A stretch of DNA of 64,000 nucleotides from an uncultured delta proteobacterium (GTDB taxonomy: Bacteria > Desulfobacterota > Desulfobacteria > Desulfobacterales > QNYZ01). A model generated the notes under the pieces. The model did not search any database. It saw only the letters and a program-made list of their open reading frames with translations, and had not been told where the DNA came from. Of the stretch, positions 39,434 through 49,580 are shown one piece after another. The stretch covers positions 704,001-768,000 of the forward strand of contig CAWJQU010000005.1 of the NCBI GenBank assembly GCA_963845145.1. Direction: 5' to 3'. How positions within the stretch are numbered: the first letter of the stretch is position 1; each line of letters starts with the position of its first letter. Made by a program: the position numbers and the translations under genes.

Positions 39434-40031
39434 TGGTTGCGATCATCTGTTTGGCCGTATCCATATCGGCCGGACAATTGATATTGAAAAAGGAGATCAG
39501 ATCGGGGTCCACCCGGCGAAGCCGCTTTTCGGACACGGGGTGAATCCGCTTCTTGCCGAAAACCCGCTGGATTTTCATTTGATCACGCTTGACATGACTT
39601 TCCACCAGGGGCAGGTATTTTTTTGCATAGACGGCACACATCGGCTCCAACCCGGCCGAGGTGGCCGGCATGGTTGCTCCGGCCGATGGCAAATGAGCGT
39701 CAACAACGGTTTCAATCAATTTTGATTTCAAAAAAGGGGTATCACAGGCACATACGAAGATGTTATCGTGCCGTGCGTAAAACAGGCCCGTATGAATTCC
39801 CGTCAAGGATGCTCGAATGGAAAACAGGTCAGCGGCAATCAGGCAATCGAAATCGGCAAACAAAACCGGCTCGTTGGCGACAATCATCACCTCTTCGAAC
39901 AAATCGGAAAACATTTGGTAGAGCCGGTCGATAATGGTCAGGCCCGCCAATCGTATGAACGCCTTGTTTTGGCCGGGAAGGCGCGTATTTAATCCGCCGG
40001 CCAGAATAACCCCGGTGAGCGCTTTTTTCAT
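39420..40031 (-). CDS. mobA: Molybdenum cofactor guanylyltransferase
   Basis: GVILAGG..R...K, LTGIHTGL, ACDTPF, EPMCAVY and FFNIN. Confidence 0.92.
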   Translation of the reverse strand: MKKALTGVILAGGLNTRLPGQNKAFIRLAGLTIIDRLYQMFSDLFEEVMIVANEPVLFADFDCLIAADLFSIRASLTGIHTGLFYARHDNIFVCACDTPFLKSKLIETVVDAHLPSAGATMPATSAGLEPMCAVYAKKYLPLVESHVKRDQMKIQRVFGKKRIHPVSEKRLRRVDPDLISFFNINCPADMDTAKQMIATMMAS

Positions 40032-40106
40032 CTATTCCTGATCGATATCCGCTTGATTAAGAGATATTTAATGCCATTCGAGCCTGATGGGTCAATCGCC
40101 CCACGA

Positions 40107-41150
40107 CTACACGTTGAACCTGAAATTGATAATATCGCCGTCTTGAACCAGATAGGTTTTTCCTTCCAGACGAACCAGCCCCTGTTTTCGGGCTTCCTTA
40201 TGGGCGCCGGTTTGCTTCAAATCATCATACGCCAGCACCTCCGCCCGAATAAAACCTTTTTGTATATCTGAATGAATGGCACCCGCCGCCTCAACCGCTG
40301 GTGTTTCTTTTTTGATCGTCCAGGCTTTTACCTCGTCTTCGCCAACGGTGAAAAAGGAGATTAACCCCACAATGGCGTACGACTGCTGGATGACCCGATC
40401 GGCGGCGGTTTCTTCAATCTGGAATTCTTTGAAAAACAGATCGGCTTCATCTTCATCCATTTGGGAAAGTTCCCGTTCCAATTGGCCTCGAATCGCCAGG
40501 CACTTCTCTTTGGTCATCGCTTCCGGAAGATCGGGAAGTCCCGGGTCTTCATCGGAATTGTTGAACAAGACCAGTACCGGTTTGGCCGTTAAAAAGGCAA
40601 ATCCTTTTAGCGATGGCGCAGACACAAGCTCCGGTTCTTCGCGCAGGGGAATTTCCTGCTCCAGGCTGGACTGACATCGCGACAACAGTTCGATTTCTTC
40701 GGGATTGGGTTTTTTCCCTCTTTTTTGGTCCTTTTTCAACCTTTCCAGGCGCTTTTCCACCACCATCAGGTCGGCGAGAATCATCTCTTCATCCAGGGCG
40801 TTTAAATCTCGATTCGGTACTGGCGCGTCCATGCCGTAAAGGGTGAAGTTTCGCAAAACGTGGATCAAGGCATCGCAATTCCGAATGCTTGTCCAGCTCC
40901 CCGAGACATCGTCCTCTTTTCGCCCGCTCTCTTCCTGGGTTCCCATGCCGGGCAGAAAATATTCCACCCTCGCATAAGCGGTTTTGCGCGGATTGTACAA
41001 TTCACTCAGGTGATCGACGCGCTCGTCCGGGACACGAATGGTTCCCACATGATCCTGATTTCTCTCTCCTGAAGGTACTTCGATACCGGTTAATGCTTCA
41101 AAAACAGCCTGTCTCCCGGCACCGGTCCGCCCGATAATTCCAAGTCGCAT
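40107..41150 (-). CDS. ychF: YchF/Obg-like ATPase paralogue with degenerate G motifs
   Basis: VPDERVD.LS, LISFFTVGEDEVKAWT, AAGAIHSDIQKGFIRAE and RLEGKTYLVQDGDIINFRFNV. The P-loop reads GRTGAGRQ. Confidence 0.88.
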   Translation of the reverse strand: MRLGIIGRTGAGRQAVFEALTGIEVPSGERNQDHVGTIRVPDERVDHLSELYNPRKTAYARVEYFLPGMGTQEESGRKEDDVSGSWTSIRNCDALIHVLRNFTLYGMDAPVPNRDLNALDEEMILADLMVVEKRLERLKKDQKRGKKPNPEEIELLSRCQSSLEQEIPLREEPELVSAPSLKGFAFLTAKPVLVLFNNSDEDPGLPDLPEAMTKEKCLAIRGQLERELSQMDEDEADLFFKEFQIEETAADRVIQQSYAIVGLISFFTVGEDEVKAWTIKKETPAVEAAGAIHSDIQKGFIRAEVLAYDDLKQTGAHKEARKQGLVRLEGKTYLVQDGDIINFRFNV

Positions 41151-41162
41151 ATTTAATCCTAT

Positions 41163-41200
41163 TTTTAATACGGCCGTACTGTTTTAATGCGGCCGGACTG
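41163..41200. repeat. Two-copy 19-bp tandem repeat upstream of ychF
   Basis: TTTTAATACGGCCGTACTG / TTTTAATGCGGCCGGACTG. Confidence 0.65.
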
Positions 41201-41300
41201 CGTGGTTAAAACTTGAGTATAGTGTCATCGGCACGAAATTTAAAGGATGCGACCCGGATTTGCAAGCCACATTCGAAAAGGAATAAGGGATGCGACAGGA

Positions 41301-41336
41301 AAAGGGATCGTCCTTCCTTGGAAAAACGATCCCTTT
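41301..41336 (-). terminator. Probable terminator
   Basis: AAAGGGATCGT...ACGATCCCTTT stem downstream of the 41383-41784 gene. Confidence 0.55.
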
Positions 41337-41382
41337 ATGGGAGGGGCTTGATAGGTTAGGGGGCGATACCTTTATATCGGTT

Positions 41383-41784
41383 CTATTGCGCTGCCACCCA
41401 AACGCGCTTTTCATCCCAGTATCCCGGACGATCGACCATTTCAATATAGCGACCCGGTATCCAGCGATTGCGTTGATTGTAGTGGCCTGGATTCCAGACT
41501 TGTCTATACGTGGGGGGTACCCATACTTGGCGAACTTCCCAGTGTCCGTGATAAGCCGGTGGTGGCGGTTCGTAACGATGATACGGCAACCGCGCTTCCA
41601 ACGGTGGCCGGCGGGCATGATCGTGCAGGGCTTTGCCGATCATTAAAGCCCCAATTCCGATGGCCGCCCCTTGCAACATATGGCGATTGCGGCGATGCCT
41701 TGATCCGGCGTTGGCGGAAGGAGCGATGAGGGCCAATCCAAGGATGGCGATGATTCCCATGGCTATGATTCGTGTTTTTTTCAT
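41383..41784 (-). CDS. Small secreted Trp/Gly-repeat protein
   Basis: Signal peptide MKKTRIIAMG..ANA, glycine-zipper-like segment, GHW..VWVPP/WNPGHY/WIPG/PGYW repeats. Confidence 0.7.
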   Translation of the reverse strand: MKKTRIIAMGIIAILGLALIAPSANAGSRHRRNRHMLQGAAIGIGALMIGKALHDHARRPPLEARLPYHRYEPPPPAYHGHWEVRQVWVPPTYRQVWNPGHYNQRNRWIPGRYIEMVDRPGYWDEKRVWVAAQ

Positions 41785-42100
41785 CTCAACCCCCTTTATT
41801 TTAATAAAATCTTGCTGCAAATAATTGTTTATGGGTGCCTTTTCGTTGTTTGTTTTTATTTGTTTAGACGCCCAAATGACCAATCGGTTTACATTTTGAG
41901 GAAAAAATATCACGCTTGCAAAAAAAACCATCCCCATTTATCTTAAGAAAACAAGAATTTACTACGGATAACCCATTAGTGAAAAAGATTACCGTATACC
42001 GCCTATAAACTTCTAAGCCCGGTTATCGTAAAAAAGTTGGAATACCTGGTGGGTGACCATAATTATGCCTTAATTCATGGATGGTTACAGGTTTGGAAAA

Positions 42101-45100
42101 ATGAAAAAGCAGTCTGCATCTTTCGCCAAGGTGACGCTACCCAGCCTCACCCGGATTTACCACCGAACCAGGCTTTTTAAACGAATCGATCAATCTTGCC
42201 GAAAACCACTTATCTGGGTCACCGGTCCCGGTGGTTGTGGAAAAACGACGCTGGTAAGCAGTTATGTCCAAAGCCGGGCGCTTTCTTGCCTCTGGTATCA
42301 GGTGGATCCCGGTGATGCTGACCCGGCCACTTTTTTTTACTATTTGGGGCTCGCCGCGAAAAAGGTCGCTCCCCGATACAAAAAATCTTTGCCGCTGCTG
42401 ACGCCGGAATACCTCCCCGGCCTGGATGTATTTACCTTGCGGTTTTTTGAAAAGCTTTACCAACGGGTGAAAAGTCCCGGTCTGGTTGTTTTGGATAATC
42501 TCCAGGAACTACCTGACGATTCAGCGCCATTAAAGCTGCTGGTGAGTAGCCTGTCGCTTTTGCCGGAGAGGACCAACGTCATTTTGATCAGCCGCAATCA
42601 TCCCCCGCCGCTTTTGGCTCGATTGCAGGCCAATCGCCAAATGCGGATTGTGGATTACCGAGATCTGCGATTAACCCTCGGCGAAACCGAAAATATTGCC
42701 CGACTGCATCTGGGCAAAAAGCTGCCCCAAAAGACGGCCAAAATCCTGCACCAACGTTCTGAAGGCTGGGCCGCCGGTCTGATGTTGATGATGGAAACCG
42801 GCCATTTACGCCGATCAACGATATCGGCCAAAGACCTGGAAACGCCTGAGGTGGTGTTTGATTACTTTGCCACGGAAGTTTTAGATCAACTACCCAAAAA
42901 TATTCAGGATTTTCTCCTTATAACCGCTTTGGGCCCCACCGTCAGCAGCCACCTGGCCAAAGCGCTCACCGGCGTTGCCGGTGCCCCGGGGATTTTATCT
43001 CGCCTGAGCAGGGAAAATTATTTTATTACCCGGCATAGCGGCAAGGCTGCGACCTATCAATATCACCCGCTGTTCAAAGAATTTTTAAATAAGAAGGCTG
43101 AAGCAACGCTGCCACGGAAAAACTTCATCAATCTGCAGCGTAAAACCGCCGCCCTGCTGGAAAAAGAGGGCGCCATCGAAGCCGCCGCCGAGCTGTCCAT
43201 CCGTACCGCGGACTGGGAAAGGCTCGCTGTTTTAACAATGAATCACGCCCCCCTGATACTCTCCCAGGGCCGTTTTAGCCTTTTAAACATCTGGTTGGGG
43301 CACTTCCCCGAAAAATGGATTCAACGCACGCCCTGGCTGTTGTATTGGCAGGGGGTCGCCAATCTTTTTATGGATCCGGCTGCAAGCCGCCAATCTCTTG
43401 AAGCGGCGTATCATCTTTTCAAATCCGGCAATGATCCGGTTGGTATGTTAGTGGCATGGGCGGGAATCATCGATGCCATTGAGTTTCAGGTGGAAGATCT
43501 GAGTGCCATGGATGAATGGCTCTCCGAGTTTGACCATTTAACGGATTCGTATCAAAAACTGGACGAACCTGAAATTCAGACCCAGGTGGCCTGTTCAATG
43601 TTAAGGGCGCTTACCTTCCGACAGCCGCAACACCCTGATTTTGATACGTGGCTCAAGCGAGCTCTCCAGCCGCCCCGTGATGCGCTTACCGCCAATAAAA
43701 CGGCCCACATGCTCTGTATGCTCCTGCTCCACTATTTCATGGGTACCGCCGAAATCGCAAAAGCGGAAAAAACAAGGATCGAGGCTGAAAAACTGCTCGA
43801 ACTCCCCTTTGTTACCCCCTATGTCCGGCTCGCGGTCAAAGTAATCGAGGCTATCTTTTATGTGTTGACGGGGGATCATGATCGATGCCGTCAGGCCGTG
43901 ACAGAAGGGCTTAAACTGGGACGTGAAACCGGTATTCTGCTATATGAAGTTGGCCTGACAATGTATTACATCGCCGATTTACTGAATACCAACGAAATTG
44001 AATTGGTCCAAAAGCACCTCCACGATCTGGGTGGATTTATTGAGTCTTCCAATTCATATGATAAAACCTTCTACTATTTTATGAAAGCACGAACGGCACT
44101 GGCTGTGGGCGAATTGAATAAGGCGCGCATCCATGCTGAGACAGCCCTCGGTATGGCCCGGAAATTAGGGATACCGGTGATCGCATGTGATGCTCATATT
44201 CTTTACGGTTTCATATTACACGCATCCGGCCACCCCCAAAAGACGGAGGCTCAATTGGAAAAGGCCGATGAATTGATCCGTCGGCATCATGTATCTATCT
44301 CCCGGCTCTATTACTTACTTGCAAAAGCCTATTTCACCTTGGAACAAGGGCAAACCGATCAGGGTTTAAAAGGACTTCAAAAAGGGTTTGCCTACGGTCA
44401 AAAGATCGGCTTGTTGCCCCTTTTCCTGGACCATCCGGCCGCAACCGCAAAACTATGTGTGACGGCCCTGGAAAATAACATCGAAGTTGATTACGCTCGT
44501 AAAATTATCCAAACTCGGCATCTGACCTGCGATCCGCCACCCTTGCACCTGGACAACTGGCCCTGGCCCATACAGATTCAAGCCTTCGGTCGTTTCAATC
44601 TGGTTGTCGATGACCAACCGGTTCGGTTTTCCCGCAAAGCCCAGCAAAAACCGTTGGATCTGTTGAAAATGATTGTCGCGTTGGGTGGCCAAAATGTTAA
44701 CGAAGCGCGGATTACCGATGAACTTTGGCCCCATGCCGATGGCGATAAAGCCCATCAGGCCTTTGCCACCACCCTGCATCGTTTGCGTAAACTGATCCAA
44801 TATCCCCAGGCGATCCTCTTCACGGGTGGCCGGGTTTCGCTGGACAGTCAGTATATTCGGATCGATACCCACGCCTTTGATCAGATGGTTAACCAACTGG
44901 ACGCAATCGGACCAAGCCTGCCAAAAAGTGCTGAAACCCAAAAACGCATCCGCCTTGCCCGGCAGGCCATAGCAATATACCAGGGCCCCTTTTTAAGCGA
45001 TGAATCCTGGGCCGCTTGCTTTATTTCCCAAAGAGAGCGATTTAGCCACCGTTTCCAGAATTTGATAACGCAACTGGGCGACGACTGGGCGGCCGATGGT

Positions 45101-45316
45101 CAATGGGAACACGCCATCGCCTGTTATCGGCAGGGGCTTGATAAAGAGCCCCTAACCGAGACGTTTTACCAGCGTCTGATGGTTTGTCATGCCAACCAGG
45201 GACAACATTCAGAAGCGCTGAAGGTCTACGATCGCTGCAAAAAAATGCTCTCCCAGGTATCAGACCGGGCGCCATCCCAGTCGACCCAAACCGTTTACAA
45301 AACGCTGCTAAACTGA
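42101..45316 (+). CDS. MalT-like STAND ATPase-TPR regulator with C-terminal SARP wHTH/BTAD domain
   Basis: GPGGCGKTT, WYQVD.GD, VLDN, EGWAAGL and YQYHPLF; C-terminal IQAFGRF..LWP..TLHRLRK..YQGPFL..E.FYQRLM. Confidence 0.9.
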   Translation: MKKQSASFAKVTLPSLTRIYHRTRLFKRIDQSCRKPLIWVTGPGGCGKTTLVSSYVQSRALSCLWYQVDPGDADPATFFYYLGLAAKKVAPRYKKSLPLLTPEYLPGLDVFTLRFFEKLYQRVKSPGLVVLDNLQELPDDSAPLKLLVSSLSLLPERTNVILISRNHPPPLLARLQANRQMRIVDYRDLRLTLGETENIARLHLGKKLPQKTAKILHQRSEGWAAGLMLMMETGHLRRSTISAKDLETPEVVFDYFATEVLDQLPKNIQDFLLITALGPTVSSHLAKALTGVAGAPGILSRLSRENYFITRHSGKAATYQYHPLFKEFLNKKAEATLPRKNFINLQRKTAALLEKEGAIEAAAELSIRTADWERLAVLTMNHAPLILSQGRFSLLNIWLGHFPEKWIQRTPWLLYWQGVANLFMDPAASRQSLEAAYHLFKSGNDPVGMLVAWAGIIDAIEFQVEDLSAMDEWLSEFDHLTDSYQKLDEPEIQTQVACSMLRALTFRQPQHPDFDTWLKRALQPPRDALTANKTAHMLCMLLLHYFMGTAEIAKAEKTRIEAEKLLELPFVTPYVRLAVKVIEAIFYVLTGDHDRCRQAVTEGLKLGRETGILLYEVGLTMYYIADLLNTNEIELVQKHLHDLGGFIESSNSYDKTFYYFMKARTALAVGELNKARIHAETALGMARKLGIPVIACDAHILYGFILHASGHPQKTEAQLEKADELIRRHHVSISRLYYLLAKAYFTLEQGQTDQGLKGLQKGFAYGQKIGLLPLFLDHPAATAKLCVTALENNIEVDYARKIIQTRHLTCDPPPLHLDNWPWPIQIQAFGRFNLVVDDQPVRFSRKAQQKPLDLLKMIVALGGQNVNEARITDELWPHADGDKAHQAFATTLHRLRKLIQYPQAILFTGGRVSLDSQYIRIDTHAFDQMVNQLDAIGPSLPKSAETQKRIRLARQAIAIYQGPFLSDESWAACFISQRERFSHRFQNLITQLGDDWAADGQWEHAIACYRQGLDKEPLTETFYQRLMVCHANQGQHSEALKVYDRCKKMLSQVSDRAPSQSTQTVYKTLLN

Positions 45317-45335
45317 GAACAACACATCATTTTTC

Positions 45336-45374
45336 CTATCCGTAATCTATCTGTAACCCATTTCCTGATATAAT
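45336..45374 (+). promoter_or_regulatory. 11-bp direct repeats plus extended -10 (candidate SARP/BTAD-activated promoter)
   Basis: CTATCCGTAAT CTATCTGTAAC followed by TG-A-TATAAT at 45366-45374. Confidence 0.55.
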
Positions 45375-45535
45375 AAATTTTTTTGGAGAAGCCATCGATT
45401 CGCGGATGAATCTGATGGCATGATGTTTATGGTGGCATGGCGTTTATGGTGGTCGACTCGCCCAAAACCAACGTTGCCATCTCAAGGATTCAACATATCA
45501 TCAGAGCAGATGCGAATAAAAAGGAGAAAATAAAG

Positions 45536-46042
45536 ATGAAAGAGTACGATCCGTGCCAGAAAACCACCAAGATAGTGGATATCAAAAAAGGCCGCCGGGC
45601 GGCGTTAAAGAAAATCGCCCTGGGAACCGGTCTTGCCGTCGGAGTGGCTGGATTGCCGCGGAAATGGACCCAACCGGTCATTGATATGGTAATTCTTCCC
45701 GCCCACGCACAGACTAGCACGACACCACCAACCTGCGAGTGTCAAATCGCGGATCTTGAGGTCAATTCGGTTGCAAACACCTTTTCCGCCACGTATTCGT
45801 GGTCGAATTGCCCGAATATTGATCAAACCCATTTGGTTATTGCCGGGCCGGGTGTGGAAAATATTTTGGGTTATATTCAACCTTTTGCAAATCCCAGTGG
45901 CTCTCGAACAGACTTGATTGACACCCCGCCATACAACGCCACTATATTTCAGCAAGGTGAAACCTATGTCTTTACCTTAACATTGGAGGACGAAAATGAC
46001 GTCGTGTTCCACACCTGCATTGAAACAATTGTGGCGATATAG
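45536..46042 (+). CDS. Exported protein with twin-arginine-like leader ending W..P.I..V.LPAHAQTS
   Basis: ATG 45536 after AAGGAG; RRAALK, hydrophobic stretch, AHA cleavage site; beta-rich Cys-containing mature part. Confidence 0.75.
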   Translation: MKEYDPCQKTTKIVDIKKGRRAALKKIALGTGLAVGVAGLPRKWTQPVIDMVILPAHAQTSTTPPTCECQIADLEVNSVANTFSATYSWSNCPNIDQTHLVIAGPGVENILGYIQPFANPSGSRTDLIDTPPYNATIFQQGETYVFTLTLEDENDVVFHTCIETIVAI

Positions 46043-46164
46043 CTTTGATGGACGGGGTAATCATTTTTCTTATGTGAAAAACAAAAGATACCTTTCTCAT
46101 AAAAAAAAATCGCCAAGAAACCTTTTGGTGTAGATCCTAATATCATCTTTATCGAAAGGCGATT

Positions 46165-47358
46165 ATGAAAAAGACTACTACGTTCATTGCTATTTTCGCT
46201 CTTTTTATCTTTTCACCGTTGACCCATGCTGCAGATTTCCATGTCAACGGTTCCTCCGGGACAGATAGTGGCAGTTGCGGCGCTCTTTTGGCTCCTTGTA
46301 AAACAGTAGAGCAAGGGGTTACTAATGCCGGGCCCGGAACCAACGTGGTTAAAATTACCGTTGGCAACTATACCGAGAGGATTGAAATTGACTATTCAGT
46401 AGCGGGGCTTACGCTGCAAGGCGGCTGGAACGACGACTTTTCCGCTCAAGATTGCAATGCAAATCTAACGGTATTACGACCTAACAGCAATAGCTCTATA
46501 ATTGGAACAAGTGCCGCTTCCACAGTGAACATATATTGCCTAACCTTCAAAGGCGTGGATGATACGCATCGGAACGGGATAGCTCTTAAAGCATTAGGGG
46601 GTACACTCATATTCAGTATGAATCGATCTATCATCGATGGATTTGCTGGAAGTGGAATAAGCCTTTACAGTGATACCGCTGGGGCCATTGATGTGACAAT
46701 TCAGAACTCTGTCTTTAAGAATGCGTATCAACCGGCAGTATCACTCTGGCCCGGTGGTGGAATAGATGCAACTGCATCGGGTGGATCGGGGCAAACAATC
46801 GTTTTGGAAAATTGTTTGTTGTTTAATAATGAGGCAACAAAAGGGGCAGCGCTAAACTTGCTTGCCATCAACAATTCGTCGCTCAATCTGTCATTGACAA
46901 ACGTTACCCTTGCGGGCAATCGTTCTATCGGCCTTGACCTAGGCGGCGGCATAAATGCTGTATCATCAAGCTCAGGACAAACTACGGTGGATATTACCAA
47001 TTCCATTGTATGGGGGAATACCTGTCAGGGCACACCAAGAGATGTAGATATTTTTCAGGGCTCGCCCGGGAGTACCACGGTGAACGCCCGTTATTCGATT
47101 ATTGGAGAGATTTACAACTCGCAAAACTATTCTGGGACTTATAACGACAACGGCCACAATATCAATATCGACCCCCGGTTAAATAGCACTTATCATTTGA
47201 ATGCCGACTCACCGGCCATTGATACAGCCTTGTGTGGATTCTATTCGACGCCGTACTACCTACGTGTAGCTCCGTATGACGACATCGACGGCGACCAAAG
47301 GCCCGGTATTCCTAAGGTGTCAGGCTGTGATATCGGTGCCGATGAATATGTTGGATGA
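46165..47358 (+). CDS. Secreted right-handed beta-helix protein with choice-of-anchor Q-like C-terminus
   Basis: Signal peptide, PCKTV, GG-rich pectin-lyase-like repeats, NSIVWGN, SPAID..DIDG..R...DIGADE. Confidence 0.8.
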   Translation: MKKTTTFIAIFALFIFSPLTHAADFHVNGSSGTDSGSCGALLAPCKTVEQGVTNAGPGTNVVKITVGNYTERIEIDYSVAGLTLQGGWNDDFSAQDCNANLTVLRPNSNSSIIGTSAASTVNIYCLTFKGVDDTHRNGIALKALGGTLIFSMNRSIIDGFAGSGISLYSDTAGAIDVTIQNSVFKNAYQPAVSLWPGGGIDATASGGSGQTIVLENCLLFNNEATKGAALNLLAINNSSLNLSLTNVTLAGNRSIGLDLGGGINAVSSSSGQTTVDITNSIVWGNTCQGTPRDVDIFQGSPGSTTVNARYSIIGEIYNSQNYSGTYNDNGHNINIDPRLNSTYHLNADSPAIDTALCGFYSTPYYLRVAPYDDIDGDQRPGIPKVSGCDIGADEYVG

Positions 47359-47471
47359 AACGCTATGTTTTCCGGTGAAATCAAAAAATGGCAACGTTGC
47401 CATCATCTGTATGTGAGCGAGGCGCTATCTTTTTATGGGTGCGAAAGGGGCTTTTGTTTCGCGACGAACCC

Positions 47472-47573
47472 TGTAGGAGCACGGCATGTCATGCCCCTAC
47501 AAACCAACCGGGCGTTACTGCGAGGAGAAACGATAAATCACGTCATAGCGAAAAGGAACGACGAAGCAATCTC
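47472..47573. repeat. REP-like palindromic sequences
   Basis: TGTAGGAGCACGGCATGTCATGCCCCTACA (GTAG-type imperfect palindrome), then a GTCATAGCG...CGAAGCAATCTC-type motif. Confidence 0.6.
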
Positions 47574-47607
47574 CCGGTAGAAACCAATTAAACAGGAGTC
47601 AATAATA

Positions 47608-48162
47608 ATGGCAGATCGAAAGAATTTGACGGTACTCTTTCTGGCGGTTTTAATTTTTATGACAACAGGCTGTAGCAGTGAAACAAACTCCAACGCCGCC
47701 GATCAAAAAAAACCCGCCCAAAAGAGCAGCAACAAACTAATTGAGCCCTGCGAGCTGATCACCCAAGCGGAAGCCGAAGAGATCATGGGGGTGGTATTCA
47801 AAGAGGGCAAATATAGCGATCAGGAAATGGTTGGCCAGAAGATATGCTTTTATGAAACGGTGGATGAGAACTCCTTTGTCTTTTTTCAGATTAGTCTGAC
47901 CCAGAACGCGTTCATTTCGCCCAAAATTTTCGCTTCCGGGCAAAGCACCCAAACGATGTTCAGCGCGATCAAGAAGGCTTTTCCAGATGGAGAAATAATT
48001 AATGGAACGGGTGATGATGCATTTATTGCCCCTCCCGGAATTCATATTTTATATGGCGATTATTACATGACCCTTGGGGCCGGAAACATCAATAAAAACA
48101 GAGACAAACTGAACATTGCGAGTGCAAAGGCAATGGCCAATCTTGAAGCGGCGTTGAAGTAA
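47608..48162 (+). CDS. Lipoprotein of unknown function
   Basis: Lipobox TTG-C, PCELIT.AEAEEIMG, GTGDDA; AGGAG RBS. Confidence 0.75.
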   Translation: MADRKNLTVLFLAVLIFMTTGCSSETNSNAADQKKPAQKSSNKLIEPCELITQAEAEEIMGVVFKEGKYSDQEMVGQKICFYETVDENSFVFFQISLTQNAFISPKIFASGQSTQTMFSAIKKAFPDGEIINGTGDDAFIAPPGIHILYGDYYMTLGAGNINKNRDKLNIASAKAMANLEAALK

Positions 48163-48228
48163 ACGGCGTGGGGTTTTCTTAGCTTGCATTGTATTACCCT
48201 GTTTTATCGCACACATTCGGAGGTAAAA

Positions 48229-49270
48229 ATGAACCATCATCGTCGATATTTTTTAGAGTCAAAATGGATTTGGATAGTGATACTTGTTGCCGGCTTCCTT
48301 AGCATGACATCAATCTCCGGGGTTGCAAAAGAGGTGACCCGCGATGTCGATAACAGCCAGGACAACCCATTAATCAGCCGCTATGAAGGCTCTTTTATCA
48401 TCGGCTATGCGCACAAAAAGTACAGTGATTTTCTGCTGCCGCTATCGGCTCCCAAAACCTGGGAGCCGGAGTTGGAAAAGAAAATGAAGGTTGAAGGGGA
48501 ACATACCCGTATCATCTATGTGGCGCCCGATAAGAGATCGACCCTGGAGGTATTTCGAAACTATCAGAACGAATTAAAGAGGGACAACGTTGAGATCCTC
48601 TTTTCCTGCGAGCAAAGCGAGTGCGGCAAAAAAGAGGGGCAGGTGCTGGTTCAGAAAATTCTCTATTCACCGCAAGCAAATTTGAAAAATATTAGCAAAG
48701 TGACGGAACGTGCGTTTACCTTTCCCGTTGAAATGAGATATTTATCCGCTAAAATCACGGGAGAGAAAGAGGCCTACATCTCTATTTTTGTGGCCCAAGA
48801 GACATTCGATCATTTTGAAGAGACCGCTTCCCGCACCCTTGTTCTGCTGGATGTGATTGAAATGGAAGCGATGGAAAAAAAGATGGTGGTGGTCCCGGCG
48901 GAAAAGATGGCCGCAGAGTTAAACGCAAAAGGCTCTTTTTCTCTATACGGGATCTATTTTGATACGGGCAGCAGTGTGATAAAGCCGGAATCAAAAGAAG
49001 CATTGGTGGAGATCGAGAAGCTGTTTCAGCAAAATCCCACGCTAAAGTTATACGTTGTCGGCCATACCGATAATGTCGGCGGATTTGAATACAATATCAA
49101 TCTCTCTCAAAAACGAGGCAAGGCGGTGGTGGACGCCCTGGTGAAAGACCATGGCGTGGATCCCAAGGTGCTAAAAGCCCATGGGGTGGGCGATGTTGGC
49201 GCCCAAGGCACCCAATGATACCGATGAGGGCCGTCAGCTCAATCGCCGGGTGGAGTTGGTTAAGCAGTAG
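48229..49270 (+). CDS. DUF4892/OmpA-family protein with a +1 frameshift near its 3' end
   Basis: DNPLISRYEGS, IYFDTG, VVGHTDNVG and LSQKR. Removing one base near 49192 restores GVGMLAPKAPNDTDEGRQLNRRVELVKQ-stop at 49270. Confidence 0.85.
48954..49127 (+). repeat. 174-bp direct repeat, copy 1 (within ompA-like gene)
   Basis: Identical to 52398-52571 except A49116/G52560. Confidence 0.95.
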
Positions 49271-49481
49271 GCACAAACGGTATCAGGACTTGAGGGATGC
49301 CATCTCTTGTCCCGCTGGAGTCTTCTCAAAGATGGAAGACGCATTATTATGCAAGCATCTTTTAACAGTAACGGTTCTGCTGACGATTGGTTATGGCGGG
49401 TTTATTCTGCTGTTGAAAAAATACAATAAATAGTTATTTGTCAGTTGATTCTTTAAGGATGGATAAAAAGGATTAGCCAAC

Positions 49482-49568
49482 ATGATCATTAAGGAAGACT
49501 TTTGGGGCCAAGGGCTGGGGAAATGGTTGGTCCAATGCATTTTTGAACATCCAGTGGTTGCACCTTAA
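49482..49568 (+). pseudogene. GNAT acetyltransferase remnant
   Basis: MIIKEDFWGQGLGKWLVQCIFEHP resembles the GNAT motif A (R/Q-x-x-G-x-G) region; only 28 aa. Confidence 0.45.
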
Positions 49569-49580
49569 GGAATAAACAAT

